A stretch of 64,000 nt of DNA from a bacterium. GTDB lineage: Bacteria; Patescibacteriota; JABMPQ01; JBDRIV01. Below, one piece after another: positions 40,757 through 49,519 of the stretch. Position numbers and translations under genes: made by a program. The notes beneath the pieces were generated by a model. That model ran no database searches, was not told where the DNA came from, and saw nothing but the letters and a program-made list of their open reading frames with translations. The stretch is from positions 116,784 through 180,783 of the forward strand of contig JBDRIV010000002.1 of the NCBI GenBank assembly GCA_043815505.1, given 5' to 3'. Positions within the stretch are counted from its first letter, which is position 1. Each line of letters begins with the position of its first letter.

Positions 40757-40852
40757 GGTGCATAGAACGTGAATTTCAGATATGAAGACTCAAACGAAGC
40801 GCGCTTGCTTAGATAAGTCTTTTATTATCTAACTTCCACATTTATATACACC
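40757..40852 (-). promoter_or_regulatory. long stem-loop in pnp 5' leader
   Basis: ggtgtata...tatgcacc closing stem with nested helices. Confidence 0.6.
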
Positions 40853-40888
40853 AGCATTTAATAATTATAATGAACTTTTGTGTTTAGA

Positions 40889-40917
40889 AGTATAAATCAT
40901 TTATGTTAAGTTGGCAA
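40889..40917 (-). promoter_or_regulatory. sigma70-like promoter of pnp
   Basis: TTGCCA-17bp-TATACT. Confidence 0.7.
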
Positions 40918-41022
40918 GCCCCGCTCCAGTTTTTTAGAACTTAGATACTTATAGTTAAGTAATGCTATTTAGTATCAATATAGTTGTTGAAATTTTTAAG
41001 TTCAATAAAACTGGGGCGGGGC
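40918..41022. repeat. GC-clamped palindromic element (MITE/REP-like)
   Basis: GCCCCGCTCCAGTTT...AAACTGGGGCGGGGC termini with AT-rich core. Confidence 0.85.
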
Positions 41023-41107
41023 AAGTCATTAGGGTTCATGTTTAGCCACACAATAATTTTGTTCAAAAAATAATCCCCAATCGATTATTTCCGATTGGGG
41101 ACACTGA

Positions 41108-41884
41108 CTAGAATCCTTCAAATATTGATGGAGCGAAAATTATCGTTACACCAATTACTTCTAGACTTGCGGGCTCATCAAGATACTCAAGATCGTATTC
41201 CTCTCTATAAAATGAGAGTCCGAATCCATATATTGGCTTGATTTGTATTTCTATGCGTTTACCAAATCCCGACCAGTTCTCCTTTTTTACTTCTTCCCAG
41301 CTAAGATATCGATCATGACCGGATCTGGCCGTGAAGCCGGTATATGGCCATCCATATTCGACTGATATCGATGATTTCCAGCACTTAAAAACAACAACAT
41401 CAAGTCCAATGTGTGGAATGGCATCAAAGAAGACTGGAGAGTCAAAGTAAAATTGAGTGAAGACGAAAGCTGCGTCAAATGCAGGTCGTGGATCATTATC
41501 CTGTTGTTGATAAGTGTATATTCCACTTCTAAAGTCATCATCGCGCATGGGGATTCTTAAATCTAGCCCGAGAGTTAAGCGAAGCCGCTCTGATCCATAC
41601 GATATGTCACCACCAGCCGTAGTTGCGCCAATGCGATAACTGTTACCGGCAGCTATATCAGTTGTTGTTTCTCCGTCAAAAAGCCAGTAATCGTCAGGGT
41701 GAGCGGGTGTTGTTTGGATTGTATCTCCAAGTTCGACATCGCAGATCATAAGATCAATAGAATATCTTAAGCTACCAGCAAAGAAAAGAAGCTTTTCCTC
41801 TTCTTTCGTTTCTTGACAAAAAGAAATTGCAGATGAGATAGTAAGAAAAATCAAAACTATAAAAAGAACACATTTTTGCCACAT
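41108..41884 (-). CDS. secreted hypothetical protein, beta-strand rich
   Basis: signal peptide, AAGGAGG SD, own terminator at about 41075-41100. Confidence 0.75.
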   Translation of the reverse strand: MWQKCVLFIVLIFLTISSAISFCQETKEEEKLLFFAGSLRYSIDLMICDVELGDTIQTTPAHPDDYWLFDGETTTDIAAGNSYRIGATTAGGDISYGSERLRLTLGLDLRIPMRDDDFRSGIYTYQQQDNDPRPAFDAAFVFTQFYFDSPVFFDAIPHIGLDVVVFKCWKSSISVEYGWPYTGFTARSGHDRYLSWEEVKKENWSGFGKRIEIQIKPIYGFGLSFYREEYDLEYLDEPASLEVIGVTIIFAPSIFEGF

Positions 41885-42002
41885 CTTATTTCCTCCTTAA
41901 ATAAAAGTTGTTAGAGCAAAAAGACATATCAAATTACCAATAATGTTTGTTTTTGTCAAATAAAAATCCCCAACTGCGTACTGCTTGCAGTTGGGGTTTT
42001 CG

Positions 42003-42875
42003 TTACGCAGCCGGTTGGCTGTGAACGAGAATTTTGCGGCCGAGTGAGCGCAGCCACTGAGGAATGAATTCACTCAAGCTTTTTCTGGTCAGAGGTTGAT
42101 TTAGTTCTTCCGGCGGTTTCGGCGGATTCACTAAATCCAGCATCTGCAAAAGTTCCCGTTTGATTTCCGGACCTTTCTCCAGATAATCAGCATAAGTTTG
42201 GCAACGGCTGATGATCAGAACCAGTTCGGCTAGAGAGTGCGAAGCAATCTCATTGCCGAAAAAGAGATCATTTTTGTCCACGCCGTCCGGTTCCCAGCGA
42301 ATTACATAGAGAGCTGTCCTCGCCATATCGGCAAAAACCACATCGCTCTCATTGCGAATTCCCTTGGGAAGAACGAAGCGAACAAATTTCCAGTTGGTAG
42401 CTGGTGGTCCGTAGATCTTACCTTCACCCTTGGAATCAACTGCCACACCGCCGAGAATATCTCGCATCATGGGATCATAACCGGGCAAATTAGGGGTTAC
42501 CTTCTCATCGCCGAGATGATAGTGAGGAGGTTGACCATCTTCGTAAAAAGCATGGAATTTTAATCTTTTACCCAGGCGTTGTAAAAGGCAAGCACTAAGC
42601 CAAGTTCCAGAACATACCAAAATCATAATACCTGTTAACAGTAGTCCGAACAGCACGTCCTGGTCAATGATTTTTTGCAAGTAACGGGCATAGTGATTAC
42701 CGCTTGTGATCAAAAAATACCCACTTCCCAAAGGTATTATTACCAACAGGGAAATGAGAAACAGGATAAGTGATCTTATAAGCCCGCTGTGATGCAGGGC
42801 TGGTAGGATCAGTTTGTGAACTTGCGCAACGATCGTGTCGTTGCAGTAAACACAGTTAGTTTTCTGTTGAGTCAT
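42003..42875 (-). CDS. hypothetical 2-TM protein (paralog family member)
   Basis: AAGGAGG SD before MTQQK; CxxC plus two TM helices. Confidence 0.75.
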   Translation of the reverse strand: MTQQKTNCVYCNDTIVAQVHKLILPALHHSGLIRSLILFLISLLVIIPLGSGYFLITSGNHYARYLQKIIDQDVLFGLLLTGIMILVCSGTWLSACLLQRLGKRLKFHAFYEDGQPPHYHLGDEKVTPNLPGYDPMMRDILGGVAVDSKGEGKIYGPPATNWKFVRFVLPKGIRNESDVVFADMARTALYVIRWEPDGVDKNDLFFGNEIASHSLAELVLIISRCQTYADYLEKGPEIKRELLQMLDLVNPPKPPEELNQPLTRKSLSEFIPQWLRSLGRKILVHSQPAA

Positions 42876-43188
42876 CGTTTTTCCTCCTTCATAAACGTGG
42901 GGGTTTATGATATAGGAAGATTTGTTCAGTAGTACAATATTATTGTACAACTGGGTATATAATCAACTCTGCCCTTATTTATGGGAAGTAGTTGTTATTT
43001 CAGATCATGGATTTTCAAGTGAGCAACTTAGAATATTATACTATATAAGCTGAAATGTCAAGTATTTGGAGCAAGAAAAAGAGCGGAAATCACGAGATTT
43101 CCGCCCCTGCTTAGTCAGTTGTTACTTTCTTGGTTTTTTGAAATTGGTGAATCGAACTTTGCCAGAAACACCTTTTCCTCCAGAATCT

Positions 43189-44499
43189 CTAGCTTTTTTT
43201 TGCGCCCTCCCCACCTTTTTTCAGTGCTTGATTAATGTCTTTAGGGGCCAGAATTTCTTCTTCTTTTTTATCGCAAAGATGAGAACCTCGGTTACCTGAC
43301 CTGATTTGATCCATGAGGTTGCCGGGCCTGGGAGGGCGACCGAGACAATGTTTTGAATCGCGCACGCCATCGATTTCGGACACAATAACAGGCCTTTGGG
43401 TTGGAACCTGCTTAGGTGGATCCAAAACGATATCAGATACAAGGTCTAGATCCTTACTTTCTTTCGGTCCAATCGAAAAGAGATCATCGCCCTCATCTTC
43501 TAATGATTCCAAAGCTGCATCAGCGAATTCCTCGTCCGCATCATTACCTGCTAAAACAACTTTAGCACCACTGAAATCAGGAACATCAGCGTTCACTGGC
43601 GATTCATCATCCACAGTAGCCAAATCGGCTTCGGCGAATTCATCTTCTGCGTCACTCGGAACATCCAGTTCAGCTACCGTCAAGGAATAGGAATTAATGT
43701 ATCTGAGTATTTCACTCATTATTTCCAGCATAGACTCATTGGGACTATTCTCAACTAGTCCATACAGATATTCATGACGAGGCCAATTTATCACCTGAGA
43801 AAAGTTTTCAAACAGTTTCATGATAATTAAAACCAGGGGAGAGAAGAAAGGGTAAATTAAACCAGCTTTTTTGTTATCCAATAAATGGATCGGGATAAGC
43901 CTAACATAGGATTCGAAAGTAGAATTTTCATTGGTTTTAATCTCAATGAATTCAGAATTAATAACCCAAGGGTTATTTAGAATGCCGGCGGTCCCAAACG
44001 ATTTGATGTGTATTGTTTTGTCACGAAGATCGAAAATAAATACTACACCAGCAGTCGCGTTTCGTGGTTTTCCTATTAGCTTTTTGGAAATACCTAGATC
44101 ATTATTTTTGAGAAGATGAAGCCTAGCTTGCAAATAGTCATTCTTATCTAAATAAACCATGAGTGATACATGATCGTTGTTTCTTACTTTCCGCATATAT
44201 TTTCTGTGTAACATTTTTGTGCAGTAAGCCAGGATTAGTGTAATGAAAACTGCGAGAAAAAGAAAGAGATTAAACCTTTCCAGGCTGACCACTTTCGACA
44301 GCAGACTCTGCACAAAGGCCACATTCACTGTGTTCATGAAAATAGCAATCGTAAGAGTACTTGTAAGCAGAAAGAAAACAATCAGAAGAGAAGAAATTAA
44401 AAACCAAAATTCTTTAAGAAAAGACCATCTCCTTACTTTTCCGAAAATAGGGAGAACCTTAGTGGACAAAACTTTCTTTGTGATTTGCTGATCAGTCAT
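43189..44499 (-). CDS. hypothetical 2-TM protein with acidic low-complexity tail
   Basis: AAGGAG SD before MTDQQ; two TM helices. Confidence 0.75.
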   Translation of the reverse strand: MTDQQITKKVLSTKVLPIFGKVRRWSFLKEFWFLISSLLIVFFLLTSTLTIAIFMNTVNVAFVQSLLSKVVSLERFNLFLFLAVFITLILAYCTKMLHRKYMRKVRNNDHVSLMVYLDKNDYLQARLHLLKNNDLGISKKLIGKPRNATAGVVFIFDLRDKTIHIKSFGTAGILNNPWVINSEFIEIKTNENSTFESYVRLIPIHLLDNKKAGLIYPFFSPLVLIIMKLFENFSQVINWPRHEYLYGLVENSPNESMLEIMSEILRYINSYSLTVAELDVPSDAEDEFAEADLATVDDESPVNADVPDFSGAKVVLAGNDADEEFADAALESLEDEGDDLFSIGPKESKDLDLVSDIVLDPPKQVPTQRPVIVSEIDGVRDSKHCLGRPPRPGNLMDQIRSGNRGSHLCDKKEEEILAPKDINQALKKGGEGAKKS

Positions 44500-44672
44500 A
44501 ACAATTCTCCTTATAGTGGTATTTACAAAATTGAATATGTGAAAGGGCAAATTGCCAGAATTAGCAACGGTTTATAATATCATTAATTATAGAATTGGCA
44601 AGTAGCAGTCTTTTTAAAAAAAAGAGAGTCAAAATAATCTAGACTCTCGTATATGTTTTGAAATAAGTGTCA

Positions 44673-45392
44673 TTAAATCCAAGCTCGATCTGAGTGAAAT
44701 CTTTGTCCGATAAAATCTGTCACTTCCTTCGAAGATCTACAGTTTGCGATAATATGTGGAATTTTTTCAGCTGAGAAAATGAATTTCTTACCTGTTCCTT
44801 TCAATTTTATCACAGCTAAAAGATTACTCACAAGACCTGATTCACAAAAACAGATATTGAGATATTCTGGAGGAATATTATTATTGACAAAACCACCAAG
44901 AACCTCCCAAATAGATGAAAAATATATGTAAGAAGAATTATCTGTGTCTATTTTGTGTCCAAGAATACAGCTATTTTTTTTTCTGTTATTGGCGGTACCG
45001 TCAAAAGCAATTATGACAGTCAACTGTTGGTCTGTAAATACAGTGTTGGGGTACTTCACGTCATTATTTTTTGCAGAACAGGGTGGCGTGCTATGAATAT
45101 GTGTGATTCCTCCATTATCGTTTTGTATATGCCCAATTGAATGAGTGAAGTTTCTCAAATAGTATTCACAAGTTAAGCAAAGAATTAAAATCCCGAAAAT
45201 GATAATTCCAGATGTTGTGGATGTGTAGGGTATGTTAGCAGTTTTAGCTAAGTAGAAAAAGAACCCAAGTACAATCACCCAAAGTATTCGCCGAATCAGA
45301 TTGGTACCAGATAAAGGTTTGAATTTTGTGATTCTTGAAATGAAGTTTGTACAACTGGAACAAATCGGATAGTCTTTTCCCGCTTTACGCAT
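44673..45392 (-). CDS. hypothetical 2-TM protein (paralog family member)
   Basis: AAGGAGG SD; CxxC plus two TM helices. Confidence 0.75.
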   Translation of the reverse strand: MRKAGKDYPICSSCTNFISRITKFKPLSGTNLIRRILWVIVLGFFFYLAKTANIPYTSTTSGIIIFGILILCLTCEYYLRNFTHSIGHIQNDNGGITHIHSTPPCSAKNNDVKYPNTVFTDQQLTVIIAFDGTANNRKKNSCILGHKIDTDNSSYIYFSSIWEVLGGFVNNNIPPEYLNICFCESGLVSNLLAVIKLKGTGKKFIFSAEKIPHIIANCRSSKEVTDFIGQRFHSDRAWI

Positions 45393-45510
45393 TTTGCTTC
45401 CTCCTTAATAAATTTTATAGAGTACGGTTTAATACTGGCAGAGTATCATAGATAAATAATTTGGCAAATAAAAATCCGCTACAAGTTCAGATAGCAGATT
45501 TTCTATTTTT

Positions 45511-46005
45511 TTATTTAAGTAAGAATTTTTTATTCTTTCCTAAATCCAGAAATTCGTCAGCTACATCCATCAATTTGGAAGAAGTTGATTTTTGGAAAGA
45601 GGCAACTTCAACTCGACAACCTTTGGCGTGACGCAAATGATGAACCAAATCAACGTAGTCGCCGTCACCAGAAGCGATTACAACGACATCACATTTTTCT
45701 GCAATCTCGATTGTGTCCATGGCCAGTCCAATATCCCAATCACCTTTTTTATTGCCACCATAAAAGATTTGAATGTCTTTCATTTTAACTTCGTAACCTT
45801 GATTAGAAAGTGCGCCGAAAAATGTTTGTTCTTCTGGTGCTTCGGCTTTGATAACGTAAGCAATTGCTCGAACCAATTTTCTTGGTCCCACAACTTCTTT
45901 TAATATTTCTTTAAAGTTAACTTTGGTTCCAAATAAATGTTTGGCGGAGTAGTACAAGTTTTGCACATCCACAAAAACACCAACGCGTTGGTCTTTAAAT
46001 TTCAT
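45511..46005 (-). CDS. NYN/LabA-like PIN-domain protein
   Basis: VFVDVQNLY, KGDWDIGLAMD, SGDGDY. Confidence 0.92.
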   Translation of the reverse strand: MKFKDQRVGVFVDVQNLYYSAKHLFGTKVNFKEILKEVVGPRKLVRAIAYVIKAEAPEEQTFFGALSNQGYEVKMKDIQIFYGGNKKGDWDIGLAMDTIEIAEKCDVVVIASGDGDYVDLVHHLRHAKGCRVEVASFQKSTSSKLMDVADEFLDLGKNKKFLLK

Positions 46006-46033
46006 ATCAGTAAATTAATAGTTAATTCAATCG

Positions 46034-46061
46034 GCCATAAGCCATAAGCCATTGGCCATTT
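46034..46061. repeat. heptamer tandem repeat (GCCATWD x4)
   Basis: gccataa gccataa gccattg gccattt. Confidence 0.7.
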
Positions 46062-46075
46062 GCAGGGCACGAGCC

Positions 46076-46345
46076 CTACACTTGTTTTATTTTTAGTTTT
46101 TTGGTGATGCTCAAATAGCGCTTTTCATCTTCTTTTTTTAGATGATTTAGTAACTTCACACGTTGTGCTACCATGCCGAGTAAACCTCGGCGAGAAGAGT
46201 GATCTTTTTTATGATCTTGCAAATGTTTTGTAAGCTCCTTAATTTCCTCAGTCAAAATTGCGACCTGTACCTCGGGGGATCCAGTGTCTTTGGCGTGAGT
46301 TTTATATTTCTTTATAAGATTTTCTTTCTTCTTTTGGCTAATCAT
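46076..46345 (-). CDS. rpsO: 30S ribosomal protein S15
   Basis: [25 protein letters not shown]. Confidence 0.97.
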   Translation of the reverse strand: MISQKKKENLIKKYKTHAKDTGSPEVQVAILTEEIKELTKHLQDHKKDHSSRRGLLGMVAQRVKLLNHLKKEDEKRYLSITKKLKIKQV

Positions 46346-46462
46346 TTTTATGGTTATTAAACATGTACGAGTATGATACAAGAAATTTATACTTTTGGCA
46401 ATAGTTTGTTTATTTGGCAGAAATACGGTATTATTATAATGTCGTACAATAATTAATTACGC

Positions 46463-47404
46463 ATGGCTACGCAAAATTCATTAAAAGGGCTTATCCAAGA
46501 CTTCTTGGATTATTTAGAAGGGGAGAAAAACTGCTCTCCTTTAACAACCAGAAATTATCATTCTTATTTGACCGATTTTGCTAACTCTATGAAAGTTTCT
46601 CAGCCAGCCGAGATAACAGATAGTAAGTTGCGAGATTATCGAGTTGTTTTAAATAGAAGAAAAAATTCTAAGGGAGATTATTTAAAACATTCTACCAAGA
46701 ATTATTATTTAATTGCTCTTCGTTCCTTTCTGAAGTATTTAGCCAAGCGCGATATAAAAAGTCTAATGCCTGAAAAAATTGAGTTGGCCAAAGTGGCTGG
46801 ACGTGAGATAGATTTTTTGGAGCCAGAAGAACTCGCTCGTTTGCTTGATGCACCAGATGCAGGAACAATGCGTGGATTGCGTGACAAAGCAATTTTAGAA
46901 CTGCTGTTTTCCTCTGGTTTGCGTGTCAGTGAATTATGTTCACTTGATACTAAGAAAATAAATTTGAAAAAAGATGAATTTTCTATTCGCGGAAAAGGAG
47001 ATAAGTTGCGGGTCGTTTTTCTTTCTAACACCGCTAAGTACTGGTTGAAAAAATATAATGATGCCAGACAAGATGGTTTATCTCCACTATTCATAAGCTA
47101 TCCAAAAGGGAAAGCTAGTCTCGATGTTTCCGATCCAGAAAAAAGAAGATTAACCCCAAGGAGTATTCAAAGGTTAGTTCATAAATATGCTCTTATTGCT
47201 GGAATTACAACCAAGGTTACACCCCATGTTTTGCGTCATAGTTATGCCACAGATTTACTAATGGGTGGTGCTGATATTCGTTCGGTGCAGGCCATGCTTG
47301 GGCACGCTTCTATTACCACTACGCAAATGTATACGCACATTACTGACAAAAGATTACGCGAAGTTTATAAGAAGTTTCACGGGAAAACTAGAAGAGGCGA
47401 GTAG
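46463..47404 (+). CDS. XerC/D-like tyrosine recombinase
   Basis: SGLRVSEL, GKG.K.R, HVLRHSYAT, MLGH.SITTTQMY. Confidence 0.93.
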   Translation: MATQNSLKGLIQDFLDYLEGEKNCSPLTTRNYHSYLTDFANSMKVSQPAEITDSKLRDYRVVLNRRKNSKGDYLKHSTKNYYLIALRSFLKYLAKRDIKSLMPEKIELAKVAGREIDFLEPEELARLLDAPDAGTMRGLRDKAILELLFSSGLRVSELCSLDTKKINLKKDEFSIRGKGDKLRVVFLSNTAKYWLKKYNDARQDGLSPLFISYPKGKASLDVSDPEKRRLTPRSIQRLVHKYALIAGITTKVTPHVLRHSYATDLLMGGADIRSVQAMLGHASITTTQMYTHITDKRLREVYKKFHGKTRRGE

Positions 47405-47473
47405 TCTTTGTTCAGAGTTTGTCGAGGGGTTGTTAATTAGATGCTATAATGTTATAGTAACGCGGAAATTATT

Positions 47474-47508
47474 TGGCATATGGCATATAGCAAATGGCAA
47501 ATAGTACA
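47474..47508. repeat. heptamer tandem repeat (TGGCAWA-like x5)
   Basis: tggcata tggcata tagcaaa tggcaaa tagtaca. Confidence 0.65.
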
Positions 47509-47514
47509 TAATCG

Positions 47515-47795
47515 TTTACAATTCAAACGAGGAGAGCATCCAGCCCCAGTTTGAAAAACTGGAGCTGGAGAGCACGGATTCAAATTGAGAAGAGGAATAA
47601 ATACAGTCGAAATTAGGAGCGCAGGTGAACGTAGTGAACCGAGCACGCGTTTAAATTGAGAGTAGGAATAGTACAGTCGAAATTAGGAACGGAAGGCGAA
47701 GCCTGAGTACGGATTTCGACTGAGAGGAGGAGCAATACGGAGGTCGGTGAAGTTCAATTAATTGAACTTCGTAGACCGCAGTATTGGTCCGACGA
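47515..47795 (+). repeat. three tandem structured units plus closing hairpin forming the tRNA-Arg(TCT) leader
   Basis: tacagtcgaaattagga x2, gagcacg/gagtacg x3, ...tgaga ends, final ...tccgacga abutting the tRNA. Confidence 0.75.
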
Positions 47796-47867
47796 GTCCC
47801 CATAGTTCAACGGATAGAACGAGAGCCTTCTAAGCTCTAGATGTAGGTTCGATTCCTACTGGGGATA
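47796..47867 (+). tRNA. tRNA-Arg(TCT)
   Basis: AGAGC-CTTCTAA-GCTCT anticodon arm, full cloverleaf. Confidence 0.93.
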
Positions 47868-47946
47868 GGGATAATTATATGTAAGCAAAACTGTTTAGCT
47901 AAACCCTGTTGTAGACATTGATATAGTATTCTGATATGCTTTAAAC

Positions 47947-48411
47947 ATGAATGTAAAATGCAAGATTTGCTCAAAAGAGTTTTATGTAAAACCATCCCAT
48001 AAAAAAATGGGTTGGGGAAAGTTCTGTTCATTAAAATGTGCATATATTGCAAGAAGAAAAGGTAAGGAATTAGATTGCGCAGAATGTGGAAAGAGAATAT
48101 ACCGATCCCCGAAGCAACTTAAGAAGTCTAAGTCACAATTATATTTTTGTACAAAATCATGTCATCAGAAGTATAAAAATAAGTTTATGTCTGGCGAGAA
48201 TCATCCGCAGTGGAAGTACGGGAAATATTACTATCTTCCGCTAATGAAGAGAAAGAAGAAAATGATATGCATGAAATGTAATGAAAAAAATAAAAAAGTT
48301 TTGGTTGTTCATCATATAGATAGAAATAGAAAAAATAATGAATTGGAAAATCTGATTTGGTTATGTAGGAATTGTCATTATCTAGTTCATCAGTATAAAG
48401 AAAAGTTTTGA
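47947..48411 (+). CDS. free-standing HNH endonuclease with Zn-finger repeats
   Basis: CxxC...FCSxxC repeats; HHIDRNRKNN...NL..LCRNCH. Confidence 0.9.
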   Translation: MNVKCKICSKEFYVKPSHKKMGWGKFCSLKCAYIARRKGKELDCAECGKRIYRSPKQLKKSKSQLYFCTKSCHQKYKNKFMSGENHPQWKYGKYYYLPLMKRKKKMICMKCNEKNKKVLVVHHIDRNRKNNELENLIWLCRNCHYLVHQYKEKF

Positions 48412-48418
48412 ACGATAT

Positions 48419-48490
48419 GGTGGCCATAGTTCAATGGTAGAACACTAGCTTGTGGCGCTAGCTACGAGAGTTCGATTCTCTCTGGTCACC
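48419..48490 (+). tRNA. tRNA-His(GTG)
   Basis: G-1:C73 pair, CTAGC-TTGTGGC-GCTAG arm. Confidence 0.93.
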
Positions 48491-48602
48491 CGGCAAAGAC
48501 ATCTTCGTAACAGAAGGTGTTTTTGTTTTGGATAAAAAAGGACCTGCGGACCGAGTTGGTCGCGCAGGCCTTGCCAAATTCATGTTGCATGTTGAGAAAG
48601 TA

Positions 48603-49133
48603 TCAATAATCAGAAGTGATAAAGAAACTAACCCATCCAATTGCAGCAATGATAAAGGATATCCACCACCAGAGCAGAATTCCAACCTCACTTGGAAACC
48701 AGACGATGTGAGCTGGTAGAGTAACCTCAGTACCAGACTTTCCTTCGTCAAGGACAACTTCCCTGATCTTCATCAGAGCATTGTCTCTTACGAGTTGGGA
48801 GACCGATTCTGGGTCCTCTACGATCCTTGCAAGAAGATCACTGACGGTTTCGTTGGCCTCATTGATCTTGCGATACCAGATGCCAACATCCGTGACCTTA
48901 AGTTTGTTGAAAAAGAAGGCCGAGTTGCCGCTGGTGAGTCCTTGTTCTTCCATTTTCTCGATAGCGGCTGAAAGAAATTCGTTGGCCATCTCGAGGTTTG
49001 GAGCATCGCCAGCGTTTTTGAGGTGGTCACCGATCTCACTGTGAAAATCGTACCACCAGCTGATGCTGCATACCCCGACGATAATCAGGGACACTGCACC
49101 GACGATTCCTAATGCAAGAAATAATCCTCTCAT
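48603..49133 (-). CDS. hypothetical protein with N- and C-terminal TM helices
   Basis: AAGGAG SD; 176-aa ORF. Confidence 0.75.
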   Translation of the reverse strand: MRGLFLALGIVGAVSLIIVGVCSISWWYDFHSEIGDHLKNAGDAPNLEMANEFLSAAIEKMEEQGLTSGNSAFFFNKLKVTDVGIWYRKINEANETVSDLLARIVEDPESVSQLVRDNALMKIREVVLDEGKSGTEVTLPAHIVWFPSEVGILLWWWISFIIAAIGWVSFFITSDY

Positions 49134-49519
49134 CGTACTTCTCCTTTTGAAGGAGTGGATTGTCTATTGAAGACAAGCCACTCGGGTTTGAAAACATTGC
49201 TTGCCTACATTCGCATTTGAATCCGAACACAATGAACAAGACTTTGTAGACTACAAAACTTCCCCATATTTGTCAATAATTCTCTCTTGACAGAGTTATT
49301 AATTCCTGCTACATTACTTAGTCCAGTTTTGCTATACTAAAAGTGTAAATGTTTAAAGGTTAGAACTTTTACAAATTCAAAGTAAACACTTTGACATAAA
49401 CATGAACAAACAATATTTGTTTCAATTAAGGAGGTGAAGATTGTTGACATCTTGGTTTTATGAAGTTCTCATTCTTTGAAATCTGGCCCGCCTAGGGCTT
49501 TACAAAAAGGAGACGAAAA

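Noticed and set aside
46463-47404. Integron integrase driving the neighbouring ORFan cassette array
   Set aside because: The protein looks like a housekeeping Xer-type recombinase without the IntI-specific insertion; no attC GTTRRRY/RYYYAAC repeats are seen between the ORFans, which have their own promoters
47515-47795. CRISPR array
   Set aside because: Only three degenerate units, the variable parts are hairpins enclosed by a split repeat, and there are no cas genes in the window
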